From assembly GCA_050696075.1 (NCBI GenBank), contig JBOGUF010000216.1, forward strand, positions 54,165 through 118,164: a stretch of 64,000 bases of DNA. The letters run 5' to 3'. The translations under genes were made by a program, and so were the position numbers. The notes below the pieces were generated by a model. That model was not told the DNA's origin and ran no database searches. It saw nothing but the letters and a program-made list of their open reading frames with translations. The DNA is from Thermomicrobiales bacterium (GTDB lineage Bacteria; Chloroflexota; Chloroflexia; Thermomicrobiales; UBA6265). Shown here in pieces: positions 33,748 to 44,574 of the stretch (its first letter is position 1; every line of letters starts with the position of its first letter).

Positions 33748-34122
33748 ATGGCCCGCGTAAAGCGTGGTGTCGTCTCGCATCGACGGCACAAGAGGGTACT
33801 AGCCCAGGTCAAGGGTCATTACGGGACCAATAACCGGCTGTTCAAGCGCGCCCACGAGTCGCTCATGCGCTCCCTGGCGTATGCCTACCGCGATCGCCGC
33901 ACGCGCAAGCGCGACTTTCGCCGGTTGTGGATCATTCGGATCAATGCGGCTAGCCGCATGCATGGATTGCCTTACAGTCGACTCATTCAGGGTTTGAAGC
34001 TGGCCGGAGTGGAGGTCGATCGCAAGATGCTGGCCGACCTTGCGGTGCGGGACGAAGCAGCGTTCGCGGCGATCGTCAACGTCGCCAAGCAACACGTGCC
34101 CGCGAGCCAGCCGACAGCCTGA
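33748..34122 (+). CDS. rplT: 50S ribosomal protein L20
   Basis: [18 protein letters not shown]...[12 protein letters not shown]. Confidence 0.95.
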   Translation: MARVKRGVVSHRRHKRVLAQVKGHYGTNNRLFKRAHESLMRSLAYAYRDRRTRKRDFRRLWIIRINAASRMHGLPYSRLIQGLKLAGVEVDRKMLADLAVRDEAAFAAIVNVAKQHVPASQPTA

Positions 34123-34940
34123 TGGCCGCCGGATTGCCGGGGCAATCGACATCAGTCATTCGAAGTCCTGACAATCGCATCGTGAAGTACGTGCGCTCGC
34201 TCCGTCGCCGCTCTAATCGGCAGGCGGAGCGAGCGTTCGTCGTTGAGGGAATGCGCGCGGTCGAGGATGCATTAGACGCCGGTGCCGGCATTCGCCAGAT
34301 TCTCGTCCGGGACGGAGACACAGTCGCGAAGGACATTGTCCTACTCTATCGCATTGAAGCGGATGTCCTCTCGGTCGATTCCAAGCTGTTCAACTTCCTG
34401 ACGGAGACGGTGGCGCCGCAGGGTGTGCTCGCGGTCGTGGACATGCCAACTGTGGCGATTGAGGCATCGCAAGTGCCATTGATCCTGGTGCTCGATCGGC
34501 CGCGTGATCCGGGCAATCTGGGCACGCTCCTGCGCACGGCTGCCGCCGCCGGCGTGACGCTGGTCGCGCTCACCGACGAGAGCGTTGATCCGTACAATCC
34601 CAAGGTCGTGCGGGCGGCGATGGGTGCGCATTTTCGCGTGGCGATTCGGGACTGGACCGAAGAAGTTGAACGGTCGGTCTTGCGGACTTGTCCGACCCGC
34701 CTAGCTGCCGTCTCAGGCGCCAAGAGAGCGTACGACGCCGTCGATTGGCTGGGCGGCACGGCGCTTATCATCGGATCCGAAGCACACGGCGTTTCGGCCG
34801 AGATGGCGGCGCTGGCAACCGATCATGTCAGCATCCCGCTTGCGGCCAACGTGGAGTCGCTCAATGCGGCCGTTGCGGGGGGCGTGCTCCTTTTCGAGGC
34901 GGCTCGACAGCGTCGGAACCAGGCGTCGGCGCCCGCCTAG
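34122..34940 (+). CDS. TrmH/SpoU-family RNA 2'-O-methyltransferase
   Basis: SpoU methylase motifs (DRPRDPGNLGTLLRTAAAAG, IIGSEAHGVS, ESLNAAVAGG). TGATG overlap with rplT. Confidence 0.85.
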   Translation: MAAGLPGQSTSVIRSPDNRIVKYVRSLRRRSNRQAERAFVVEGMRAVEDALDAGAGIRQILVRDGDTVAKDIVLLYRIEADVLSVDSKLFNFLTETVAPQGVLAVVDMPTVAIEASQVPLILVLDRPRDPGNLGTLLRTAAAAGVTLVALTDESVDPYNPKVVRAAMGAHFRVAIRDWTEEVERSVLRTCPTRLAAVSGAKRAYDAVDWLGGTALIIGSEAHGVSAEMAALATDHVSIPLAANVESLNAAVAGGVLLFEAARQRRNQASAPA

Positions 34941-35107
34941 GCGCGGCCATACATCCAGGGCTCTTTGCCAAAACGTAGGCCAATACAGCACTTTCCGGGC
35001 GATCGATGGAAAGGGGTCGGCTCCGGCGACGTGCTAGACTGGCCGGACCGCTGCCCGCCAGGGCGAGCGGTCGAGCATCACGTAGACGAGGTAAAAAGGG
35101 GGACCTG

Positions 35108-35386
35108 ATGCGAAAGCAGGATCTGATCCGCGCGGTCGCGCGCCAGACCTCCCAGTCCGAATCCCAGGTGACGTCGACTGTCAACGCGGTCTTCGACCAG
35201 ATCCAGCGGACACTTGCCGATGGTGACGAGGTCGTGATTAGCGGCTTCGGTGCTTTTCGGGTCGTGGAGCGCTCCGCCCGGCAGGGTCGGAGTCCACGGA
35301 CCGGCCAACCGATGACCATTCCCGCGCGCAAGAGCCCCGCCTTTCGCCCAGGCGCCGAGCTTAAGCGAACCGTCGGTGGCGGCTAA
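35108..35386 (+). CDS. hup: HU family DNA-binding protein
   Basis: Trimmed to ATG 35108 after AAGGGGGA. GFGAFRVVERSARQGRSPRTGQPMTIPA. Confidence 0.9.
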   Translation: MRKQDLIRAVARQTSQSESQVTSTVNAVFDQIQRTLADGDEVVISGFGAFRVVERSARQGRSPRTGQPMTIPARKSPAFRPGAELKRTVGGG

Positions 35387-36384
35387 GCTGGCGCGTCCTC
35401 CGGTACCGCGGCGCGAATCAGTTCGATAAGCTGGCTCTCGGCAACCCGCCGCCCGACCCCGACGGCGTTCGCTATTGCGCGTTCGTTGGAGCGTCCGTGG
35501 GCGATGATCACGGCGCCGTTGACGCCAAGCAACGGCGCACCGCCAAACCGCGCATAGTCGAGCCGTGACCTCACCGCTTGCAATGCTGGCCGTAGCGCCA
35601 TCGCCGCGAGCTTGCGTGGCAGCGTCTTGGTGACCTCCGCCCGAAGCTCTTCCATGAGCGCCGTCGCCGTGCCTTGCGCGACTTTCAAGGCAATGTTGCC
35701 GGTGAAGCCGTCGGCGACGATGACGTCGACTTGGCCGGAGAGGATCTCTGTGCCCTCTATATTGCCGGCAAAGGTGATGGATGGTTCGGATTCAAGGAGC
35801 GGAAACGCGGCCTGAACGAGCTGGTTTCCTTTGGTCGGTTCTTCGCCGTTCGAAAGCAGCCCAACGGTTGGATTGGCCACAGCTCGCTCTAGCCGGGTGT
35901 AGATCGTGCCCATCAGCGCCATTTGGACAAGGTGCTCCGGCTTCGGATCGGTTACCGCGCCCAGATCGAGGAGGAGCGTCGGGTTCCCGCGCGTGGGGAT
36001 GAACGCGCCGATGGCCGGTCGGTCGATGCCAGGGACTCTGCCCAACGTGAGCAGCGCGCAGGCCATGACGGCGCCGCTATTTCCCGCCGAGACCAGTGCG
36101 TCCGCCTCGCCGTCGCGGAGCAGCTCGAGTCCAACCCCGATGCTAGACCGCGGCTTTCGGCGAATTGCCTGAGCCGGATGTTCGTGCATCTCGATAGTGT
36201 CCGGCGCGTCGACGATGCGTAGGTCCACGCCCGACAGGTCGATGGCCTGAACGATCGGATCGATCTCGGAACGACGTCCCACGAGGGCGAGATCGACGCC
36301 GAAGGCGCGAGCGCCCTCGATGGCGCCAGGCACGATGACGCTGACGCCGCGATCCCCACCCATGGCGTCTACGGCGATCCGCAT
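35383..36384 (-). CDS. plsX: Phosphate acyltransferase PlsX
   Basis: Trimmed to ATG 36384 after GGGAGG. MRIAVDAMGGD. Typical length. Confidence 0.93.
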   Translation of the reverse strand: MRIAVDAMGGDRGVSVIVPGAIEGARAFGVDLALVGRRSEIDPIVQAIDLSGVDLRIVDAPDTIEMHEHPAQAIRRKPRSSIGVGLELLRDGEADALVSAGNSGAVMACALLTLGRVPGIDRPAIGAFIPTRGNPTLLLDLGAVTDPKPEHLVQMALMGTIYTRLERAVANPTVGLLSNGEEPTKGNQLVQAAFPLLESEPSITFAGNIEGTEILSGQVDVIVADGFTGNIALKVAQGTATALMEELRAEVTKTLPRKLAAMALRPALQAVRSRLDYARFGGAPLLGVNGAVIIAHGRSNERAIANAVGVGRRVAESQLIELIRAAVPEDAPA

Positions 36385-36405
36385 TCCCGCCTCCCGCGGT
36401 GACCG

Positions 36406-36441
36406 CGAAGAACAAGGGGCGGAACCAATCGGTTCCGCCCC
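36406..36441 (-). terminator. Intrinsic terminator after gyrB, abutting the plsX RBS
   Basis: Perfect 11-bp stem GGGGCGGAACC/GGTTCCGCCCC with a 4-nt loop. On the minus strand it is followed by TTGTTCTTCG. Confidence 0.6.
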
Positions 36442-36466
36442 TGGCATGACGTCCGATGCAACTACA

Positions 36467-38413
<1,947 letters not shown>

Positions 38414-38421
38414 TCAGGGCG

Positions 38422-39390
38422 CTAGGACGATGCCGTCGGCTGGATTGCCACGTCGGGCCGCCACAGCCGAAGCCGATCGTTGAAGAAGATCATGCTCGCC
38501 ATCGCCAATCCGCCGGCGAAGAACGCGTGGGCGATGACAGCGAGAAAGAGACCCGCGGGCGAGTCGACGAGGCGCGCCCAGATCTCAGGCAAACCAAGCG
38601 TGATCACCAGTGCTGCCATGATAAAGCCAACCGTCGGCCAGAAGTTTCGCCGGACGACGTTGAAGCTGTAATAGACCGCTCGCAGCGGACCAACTTCCAA
38701 GACGACGATCGCGTCGAACATGAAATAGAGAAAGATGGCGGCGGCAATCCCCAGCGGGAACGCGATTGCGCCGAGTAAGGGCGCCAGATTGATCCCCATC
38801 GCCAGGAATATCCCCGTGGCGATCAACACCGGCCCGCCGACCAAAACGACCAGTCCGATCAACAGCACGAGAAGCCCGAGAAACCGAAACCAGGCGGCGA
38901 GTACCGCTCGCGCGATTTGGCCAACCGTGCGGGCACGTCCCACTGCCGCGTCGGCCAACGGCACCGCGTAGGCCATAAACGCGCCGCCGGCGACGACAAT
39001 CATCGCGAACCCGACCAGGCAGACGAGCCACCATTGGTCGGGCGTCACAGCCGGTCGACTCCACACCTCGTAGAGGGCGCCACGGTCGAGTCCGCCAAGC
39101 ATCGACGGCACGAACATGGCGATGAGGTACGTCAGGTCCCAGCCGCCCGCGTCGTGCAACGAATCGATGATCTGTTGCCTGTCGGCTGGATCCGCGTCGA
39201 CGACGATCTCCTGCAAGCGATCGGTCAATGCGATCGGCGCGAGACGCCAACCGATCCAGTAGTAGAGATCGAGCAGCATCGGGACAGCCATGAGCAACGG
39301 ATGCGCAAGCGCCACCGAAAGACCGGCCGCGATGGTGTCGATAATGCCGGGCGTTGCCGACTTCTGTGACGTAGCCAACGGTCGTTGCAT
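38422..39390 (-). CDS. Polytopic membrane protein of unknown function
   Basis: 322 aa with at least 6 hydrophobic helices. No family recognised. Confidence 0.6.
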   Translation of the reverse strand: MQRPLATSQKSATPGIIDTIAAGLSVALAHPLLMAVPMLLDLYYWIGWRLAPIALTDRLQEIVVDADPADRQQIIDSLHDAGGWDLTYLIAMFVPSMLGGLDRGALYEVWSRPAVTPDQWWLVCLVGFAMIVVAGGAFMAYAVPLADAAVGRARTVGQIARAVLAAWFRFLGLLVLLIGLVVLVGGPVLIATGIFLAMGINLAPLLGAIAFPLGIAAAIFLYFMFDAIVVLEVGPLRAVYYSFNVVRRNFWPTVGFIMAALVITLGLPEIWARLVDSPAGLFLAVIAHAFFAGGLAMASMIFFNDRLRLWRPDVAIQPTASS

Positions 39391-39426
39391 CTGTCTCCGC
39401 GCCGGTTCGCTTCTGTGCGGCGCTGC

Positions 39427-39834
39427 CTATTGCCAGCCGAGCTCTTCGAGTCGATCTTCGTCGATGCCGAGATGGTGAGCCAGTTCGTGAATCACCGTGA
39501 TCCGCACCTCGTCTTCGATCTGTTGCGGCGTGGAGCAGGCATCCTCAATCGGTCGGCGGAAGACCGTAATCTTGTCCGGGAGGACCATCGAGTAGCCGCT
39601 GCCGCGCTCCGTCAAAGGAACGCCTTGGTACAGCCCGAAGAGCGTATCGCCGTCCATCTCCAAAAGTTGATCGGACGAAGGTTCGTCCTCAACGACGACC
39701 GCAACGTTATCGAGCATCCGCTGGACGCCGTTCGGGAGATCCCGTAGCGCGCGCGCCACGAGGCGCTCGAACCGCCGGCGCCTGATTCGCTCCACGCGAG
39801 ATGCCCGAACGTCGCGCATGCCTAATTGTACCAC
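39427..39834 (-). CDS. Zinc metallopeptidase-like protein (DUF1025/zincin family)
   Basis: C-terminal HELAHHLG HExxH motif. LFGLYQG..L motif typical of this small family. Confidence 0.7.
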   Translation of the reverse strand: MVQLGMRDVRASRVERIRRRRFERLVARALRDLPNGVQRMLDNVAVVVEDEPSSDQLLEMDGDTLFGLYQGVPLTERGSGYSMVLPDKITVFRRPIEDACSTPQQIEDEVRITVIHELAHHLGIDEDRLEELGWQ

Positions 39835-39906
39835 TTTTCGCCCGTCTCGACTAGGCAGAATGGGGTAAATCTCCCGCGTACGTACGCAACGTTCAATGGA
39901 GAATGT

Positions 39907-41574
39907 TCAGTCTTCGGACATAGCCGCCGCAAGCATCTCCCGCCCAATTGTGACGGACTGCGCCGTGCCGACGCCGCCGTGCTCCAAAACGACGGCTACC
40001 GCGTACTTGGGTTCCGAGTCACCAATGAAGCCGATGAACCACGAATGCGGTTCGTCCTGGCTCGTTTCGGCGGTGCCTGTCTTGCCACCGACGACAAAGC
40101 CGGGCACGGCAGCACCGCCGACGGAACCATTCACGACGGCGTTCACCATCATACCCTCGACCTGATCCGCGCTTTCGGCCGAGATGGGTCGATTCCAGAC
40201 TTCGGGGTCATGTTGCTCATGCGTTTCCCCATCTGGATCTGTGACCCGTTCGACGATGTACGGCTCCATCAACGTGCCTGCATTGGCAACGGCGCCAACG
40301 ACCATCGCCATCAAGAGGGGCGCCACCTGGAGCTGACCTTGCCCAAATGCAGTGTCTGCCAGCGCCGGACTGGATTCGAGGAAGTCGTCCGAGGAAGCGA
40401 CACGGCTGGTTGCAACTGGCAACTCAAACGGGACGTTCTTGTCAAAGCCGAAGCGCCGCGCATAGTCGCGCAGTCTGTCCGCCCCGAGGTCGAGGCCGAC
40501 TTGCGCCAAGACGACGTTGAGCGAGAAGGCGATGCCGTCGGCGAGGGTCCATTCATCGATCGAATCGTCGGGCCGATTCGGTTCGACGATGATGTGCCCG
40601 TCGACGTTGAGCGATCCGTCGTCGCGGTACACGGTGTCCGGCCCAGCATGGCCTACATCGACCGCTGCTGCCGCGGTTACCACCTTGAAGGTCGAGCCCG
40701 GCGTAAAGAGCCCCTGTGTGGCGCGGAGTAGGAGCGGTCGCGACGGGTCGTCCGTCAAAATTGCCCAGTAGGCTTCGGCCGCGTCGCGGTCGCCCTCGGT
40801 GAGCACGTCGAGTTGGTTTGGGTCGTAGTTCGGGTTGCTGGCCAAGGTGATCACCGCGCCGGTCTGCACGTTGATGACGACGACGGCGCCGGGGCGGCCG
40901 GCGAGCAAATTGTGGGCGAGTTCTTGAAGGGTTGCGTCGAGCGTGAGGACGAGGTCGTTGCCCTCCGCTTCCCGGCCGAGTAGGTCGTCGAGCGTTTCTT
41001 CAATCGGGTTGCCGCCAGCAGCGCCCCGAAGTTCGTCGTCGTGGCTTGCTTCGAGACCGGACTTGCCATAGAGCAGCGGCGAGTAATACCCGGCGACATA
41101 GGCGGTCGCGGGATTGGGGTAGATTCGTTCGATGGAACCGACTGCCGAGTTGGACTCGGCGATGACCTCACCGTCGCGGTCGAGAATGGCGCCGCGGCTG
41201 CTCGTGAGGTCCGCGCGCACCAAGCGCGGATTGCCGAGCGTCTCGTCGGACGCTTCATCGCGACCAATGCGATGGGTGATGTCGTCGCTGCTGAAGACCT
41301 GAACGCGCGCGAGTTGCAGGGTGAGGAGCGCAAAGATCGTGGTGAGAACGAAGGCGGCGTTGACAATCCCGCGGCTCGTCGCCGACGCGGGTTTCGGTAA
41401 ATGAGGCAGCGTTCCGACGACGAACAAGAGCCACGCGGCGCTCAAGAGCGCGATCCATTCGCCGTCGCTGAGGCTGTCCCACGCATAGATCGCGAATCCC
41501 GTCACCGCGGCAAAGCCGAGCATCGACAACGCGGAAACAACGCGACTGAAAACCGTGTCTTGCTGGTCCATCAC
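39907..41574 (-). CDS. Penicillin-binding protein, class B transpeptidase (PbpA/PBP2-like)
   Basis: N-terminal TM helices. STFK, SLN, KTGTAE motifs. Overlaps the upstream rodA/ftsW-family gene by 4 nt. Confidence 0.9.
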   Translation of the reverse strand: MMDQQDTVFSRVVSALSMLGFAAVTGFAIYAWDSLSDGEWIALLSAAWLLFVVGTLPHLPKPASATSRGIVNAAFVLTTIFALLTLQLARVQVFSSDDITHRIGRDEASDETLGNPRLVRADLTSSRGAILDRDGEVIAESNSAVGSIERIYPNPATAYVAGYYSPLLYGKSGLEASHDDELRGAAGGNPIEETLDDLLGREAEGNDLVLTLDATLQELAHNLLAGRPGAVVVINVQTGAVITLASNPNYDPNQLDVLTEGDRDAAEAYWAILTDDPSRPLLLRATQGLFTPGSTFKVVTAAAAVDVGHAGPDTVYRDDGSLNVDGHIIVEPNRPDDSIDEWTLADGIAFSLNVVLAQVGLDLGADRLRDYARRFGFDKNVPFELPVATSRVASSDDFLESSPALADTAFGQGQLQVAPLLMAMVVGAVANAGTLMEPYIVERVTDPDGETHEQHDPEVWNRPISAESADQVEGMMVNAVVNGSVGGAAVPGFVVGGKTGTAETSQDEPHSWFIGFIGDSEPKYAVAVVLEHGGVGTAQSVTIGREMLAAAMSED

Positions 41575-42890
41575 CGTCCATTCCCTTTAGGTGCGGCGGA
41601 ACTGGCGAGCAAAAGGCCGACGAGGAGGAAGTTGGTCAAGAGCGAGCTGCCTCCGTAAGAGATGAAGGGGAGCGTGATGCCAGTCAAGGGGATGATCCGC
41701 AGCACGCCGCCCAGGATGATCAGCGTTTGCACGCCGAGCGTCGTCGCCAGCCCGACCGCCAGAAGGCGTGCGAATCCGTCTCCGGCGACCAGGCCGATCA
41801 TGAAGCCACGCATGACGAGCAGGAACGTGATGACAATCACGGCCATGGCGCCGAGCAGACCCAACTCTTCCGCGATGGCGGAGAAAACAAAGTCGGTGTG
41901 GACCTCTGGGATGTACCAGGGTTGGCCGCGCCCGAGTCCGGACCCAAGGACACCCCCACTGGCGATCGCATACTCGGACTGGATCTGTTGCAAGCCGCCG
42001 ACGAGCGGGTCCTGCCACGGGTCGAGCCAATTTTGGACCCGAACGCCGATGCGGTCGAAGAGTTGATAGGCGAGGACCGAGCCGGCGGCAAACGCCACGA
42101 GGCCGACCACGACGTAGACGACGCGGTTGCTGGCGACGTAGAGCATCGCCATGAAGATGCCGAAAAAGAGCAAGGCCGAGCCGAGATCATTCTGGACCAC
42201 GAGCACCATCAGCGAGGCGACCCACATCAACGCCATCGGCAAGAGATAAGGAATCGGCGGCAAGCGGAGGAAGCCGAGTCGCCAGGTCGAGCCGATCAGA
42301 TCACGCTTTTCGTCGAGGTAACCGGCCAGAAAGACGACCAGCGAGATCTTGGCAAGCTCGGAGGGCTGCGCTTGAATCGGGCCGACCTGAATCCAGAGTC
42401 GAGCGCCGTTGATCTCTTCGCCGAAGATGAACGTGGCGACCATGATCCCGAGGCTGAGCAGCAGCGCCGTATATTTGTAGCGGCGCAAGAGATCGAGATG
42501 TCGGCGAAAGAAGACCGCCGATGCCCAAAGGATCGCGAATCCGCCGAAGAGGAAAAGGACGTGCTTGTCCGGCAACGTGGCATAGCCCGGTCCTCGTTCT
42601 TCGAGGGCAGGACGCAGGCGCTGAATCATCAGCAGTCCGAGGCCGGAGAGCATGGCCGTCAGCGGCACGAGCACCTGGTCGCCCTTGACGCCAAACAGGC
42701 TCAAAGCGACGCTGGTCGCGGCAACGACGCCAATGAACATCAGGCTGACGCGCAACTCGCCCCACGACCATTCAAGCCGTCCGCGCGGGACGAGCAGGAT
42801 GGTCAGGAGACCGACGACGGTAATCAACGACGGGAGGAGGAGGAGTTCAATCTCCGTCGCGCGTGGCACAGGGCGGGTAAAGGCGCGCAC
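41571..42890 (-). CDS. FtsW/RodA/SpoVE-family peptidoglycan glycosyltransferase
   Basis: Polytopic SEDS protein (..PSELAK..VVFLAGYL.., TDFVFSAIAEELG, PLTGITLPFISYGGSS). Trimmed to GTG 42890, 2 nt after the mtnP stop. Confidence 0.9.
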   Translation of the reverse strand: MRAFTRPVPRATEIELLLLPSLITVVGLLTILLVPRGRLEWSWGELRVSLMFIGVVAATSVALSLFGVKGDQVLVPLTAMLSGLGLLMIQRLRPALEERGPGYATLPDKHVLFLFGGFAILWASAVFFRRHLDLLRRYKYTALLLSLGIMVATFIFGEEINGARLWIQVGPIQAQPSELAKISLVVFLAGYLDEKRDLIGSTWRLGFLRLPPIPYLLPMALMWVASLMVLVVQNDLGSALLFFGIFMAMLYVASNRVVYVVVGLVAFAAGSVLAYQLFDRIGVRVQNWLDPWQDPLVGGLQQIQSEYAIASGGVLGSGLGRGQPWYIPEVHTDFVFSAIAEELGLLGAMAVIVITFLLVMRGFMIGLVAGDGFARLLAVGLATTLGVQTLIILGGVLRIIPLTGITLPFISYGGSSLLTNFLLVGLLLASSAAPKGNGR

Positions 42891-42892
42891 GG

Positions 42893-43756
42893 TTAGGCGC
42901 CGATTCCCAAGTAGCGGTCCGCGACGACACCGAGTCGTTGCCTCGTCGCGGCGGATATCTGCCCAGGCCCGGTGATGATGGCGTCTTTGAGGGCAACCCC
43001 ACAGGTGCAATTGCGATCGGGCAGACCAGCCTTGGCGACAGCGTGAACGATGCCGCGACCTGCCTCGGTGTTGGCGATCAAATTGGCAATCACCAATTCG
43101 ACCGTGACCGCGGCTTCGCTCTCATGCCAGACATCGTAGTCGGTGACCATTGCGAGGGTGGCATAACAGATCTCGGCTTCACGAACCAGTCGGGCCTCTG
43201 GCATCGCGGTCATGCCGATGACTGAGGCGCCCCAGCTTCGGTAGAGGTTCGATTCGGCGCGGGTCGAGAACTGCGGACCTTCGATGCAGACATAGATTCC
43301 ACCGTCGACGACCGTATAGCCGGCGGCCGAAGCCGCGAATTGGACCGAACCGCGGAAGACGTCACAGAAGGGATCGGCGATCCCGACGTGGGCCACGACG
43401 CCGTCGCCAAAGAAGCTTCGCTCACGGGAGACCGTGCGGTCGATGATCTGGTCGGGCAAGAGGATGGTCAGGGGCGGCAACTCTTCCTTGAGCGAGCCGA
43501 CGGCGCTGACACTGAGCAGATGGGTAACGCCAAGTTCTTTCAGTGCATAGACGTTCGCACGGTAGGGCAACTCGGTTGGAGTGAGACGATGCCCAGCGCC
43601 GTGGCGAGGAAGGAAGACGACCTCGACGTTGGCAAGTCGGCCGATCGTCAGTTTGTCGCTCGGCTTGCCAAACGGCGTCTCCACGGCGAGTTGATCCGAC
43701 GCCTCGAGCTCTGGCAAGTTGTCGAGCCCGCTGCCGCCGATGACGCCCAGTTTCAT
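42893..43756 (-). CDS. mtnP: S-methyl-5'-thioadenosine phosphorylase
   Basis: [18 protein letters not shown]...[28 protein letters not shown]. Confidence 0.9.
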   Translation of the reverse strand: MKLGVIGGSGLDNLPELEASDQLAVETPFGKPSDKLTIGRLANVEVVFLPRHGAGHRLTPTELPYRANVYALKELGVTHLLSVSAVGSLKEELPPLTILLPDQIIDRTVSRERSFFGDGVVAHVGIADPFCDVFRGSVQFAASAAGYTVVDGGIYVCIEGPQFSTRAESNLYRSWGASVIGMTAMPEARLVREAEICYATLAMVTDYDVWHESEAAVTVELVIANLIANTEAGRGIVHAVAKAGLPDRNCTCGVALKDAIITGPGQISAATRQRLGVVADRYLGIGA

Positions 43757-43835
43757 TCACGCATCCTCCTTGTCTGATCCGTCCTCCGCCAATCTTAGCC
43801 CGCGGGCGACAGACGCGGCGAGGCGCGGGCGAGTC

Positions 43836-43865
43836 TTGGGACCGCTTCCAGGCGCGTGGTATACT
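43836..43865 (+). promoter_or_regulatory. Candidate promoter of rpsO
   Basis: TTGGGA, 18-nt spacer, TATACT, with TGG immediately upstream (TGGTATACT). Confidence 0.5.
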
Positions 43866-43943
43866 CTGTCCGATTTTGTTCGGTTTCTGGCGCTTTCGTG
43901 CGAGAGGCAGCGGAGCGCCGGAGTGAGGAGGCCCGGCCCAAAA

Positions 43944-44213
43944 ATGGCGTTGCAAAAGGCACACAAAGACGAGATTATCGGGGGCTTCCGAGTCCACGAG
44001 ACGGACACTGGATCACCGGAAGTGCAGATTGCCCTATTGACCGAACGGATCAATGGGCTGACCGATCACCTCCGCGAGCACAAGCATGACCACCACTCGC
44101 GGCGCGGACTATTGAAGTTGGTCGGCCGGCGCCGGCGCCTGCTGGCGTACCTGAGCGAGAAGGACGTCGAGCGCTACCGCGCGACGATCACGCGCCTCGG
44201 GCTGCGGAAGTAA
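43944..44213 (+). CDS. rpsO: 30S ribosomal protein S15
   Basis: Trimmed to ATG 43944 after [54 protein letters not shown]. Confidence 0.95.
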   Translation: MALQKAHKDEIIGGFRVHETDTGSPEVQIALLTERINGLTDHLREHKHDHHSRRGLLKLVGRRRRLLAYLSEKDVERYRATITRLGLRK

Positions 44214-44308
44214 CCGTCGACAAAGCGAGACCACGACTGAACGGCTGTCAACGACGAACTCGAGCAACAGAGACACGGACAAGCCGGGCAAACGCGGACC
44301 GCATGCCG

Positions 44309-44345
44309 GCCCAGGGCCACGCGCCCTGGGCTTTCGGCGTTTCGG
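44309..44345 (+). terminator. Intrinsic terminator/attenuator after rpsO
   Basis: GCCCAGGGC-CACGC-GCCCTGGGC, followed by TTTCGGCGTTTCGG. Confidence 0.6.
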
Positions 44346-44415
44346 CGCAAATGAATTTGCTTGAAAGGAGGTCAGCGAGAGGACGGAATCGTTAGCTCGG
44401 CGGCCGTCGGGGGAT

Positions 44416-44482
44416 GAGTGAGGAATTGGAGCGTGCCGGGGTAGGCGCCAGGCACGTGCCGGCACGCTCCAGTCCCTCATTT
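44416..44482 (+). promoter_or_regulatory. Long leader hairpin upstream of pnp
   Basis: Perfect 12-bp core GGAGCGTGCCGG/CCGGCACGCTCC (44428-44439 with 44459-44470). Flanks extend it to ~24 bp with one mismatch and three G-U pairs. The loop contains a second GGCACG that allows alternative pairing. Confidence 0.55.
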
Positions 44483-44574
44483 CTCCCCAGGCCGCCGGCC
44501 TCGAAGGAGCGGTTGGACGGTGCGAAGGTCGCGCTGTTTCAGACCGGCAGATCTCACTAGGAGGAACACGCAAC

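Noticed and set aside
43866-43943. rpsO leader hairpins (GGCGCT...AGCGCC) as a possible S15 autoregulatory structure.
   Set aside because: This is plausible in principle, but the stems are short. S15 leaders are lineage-specific, and I cannot match this one to a known class without covariation data.
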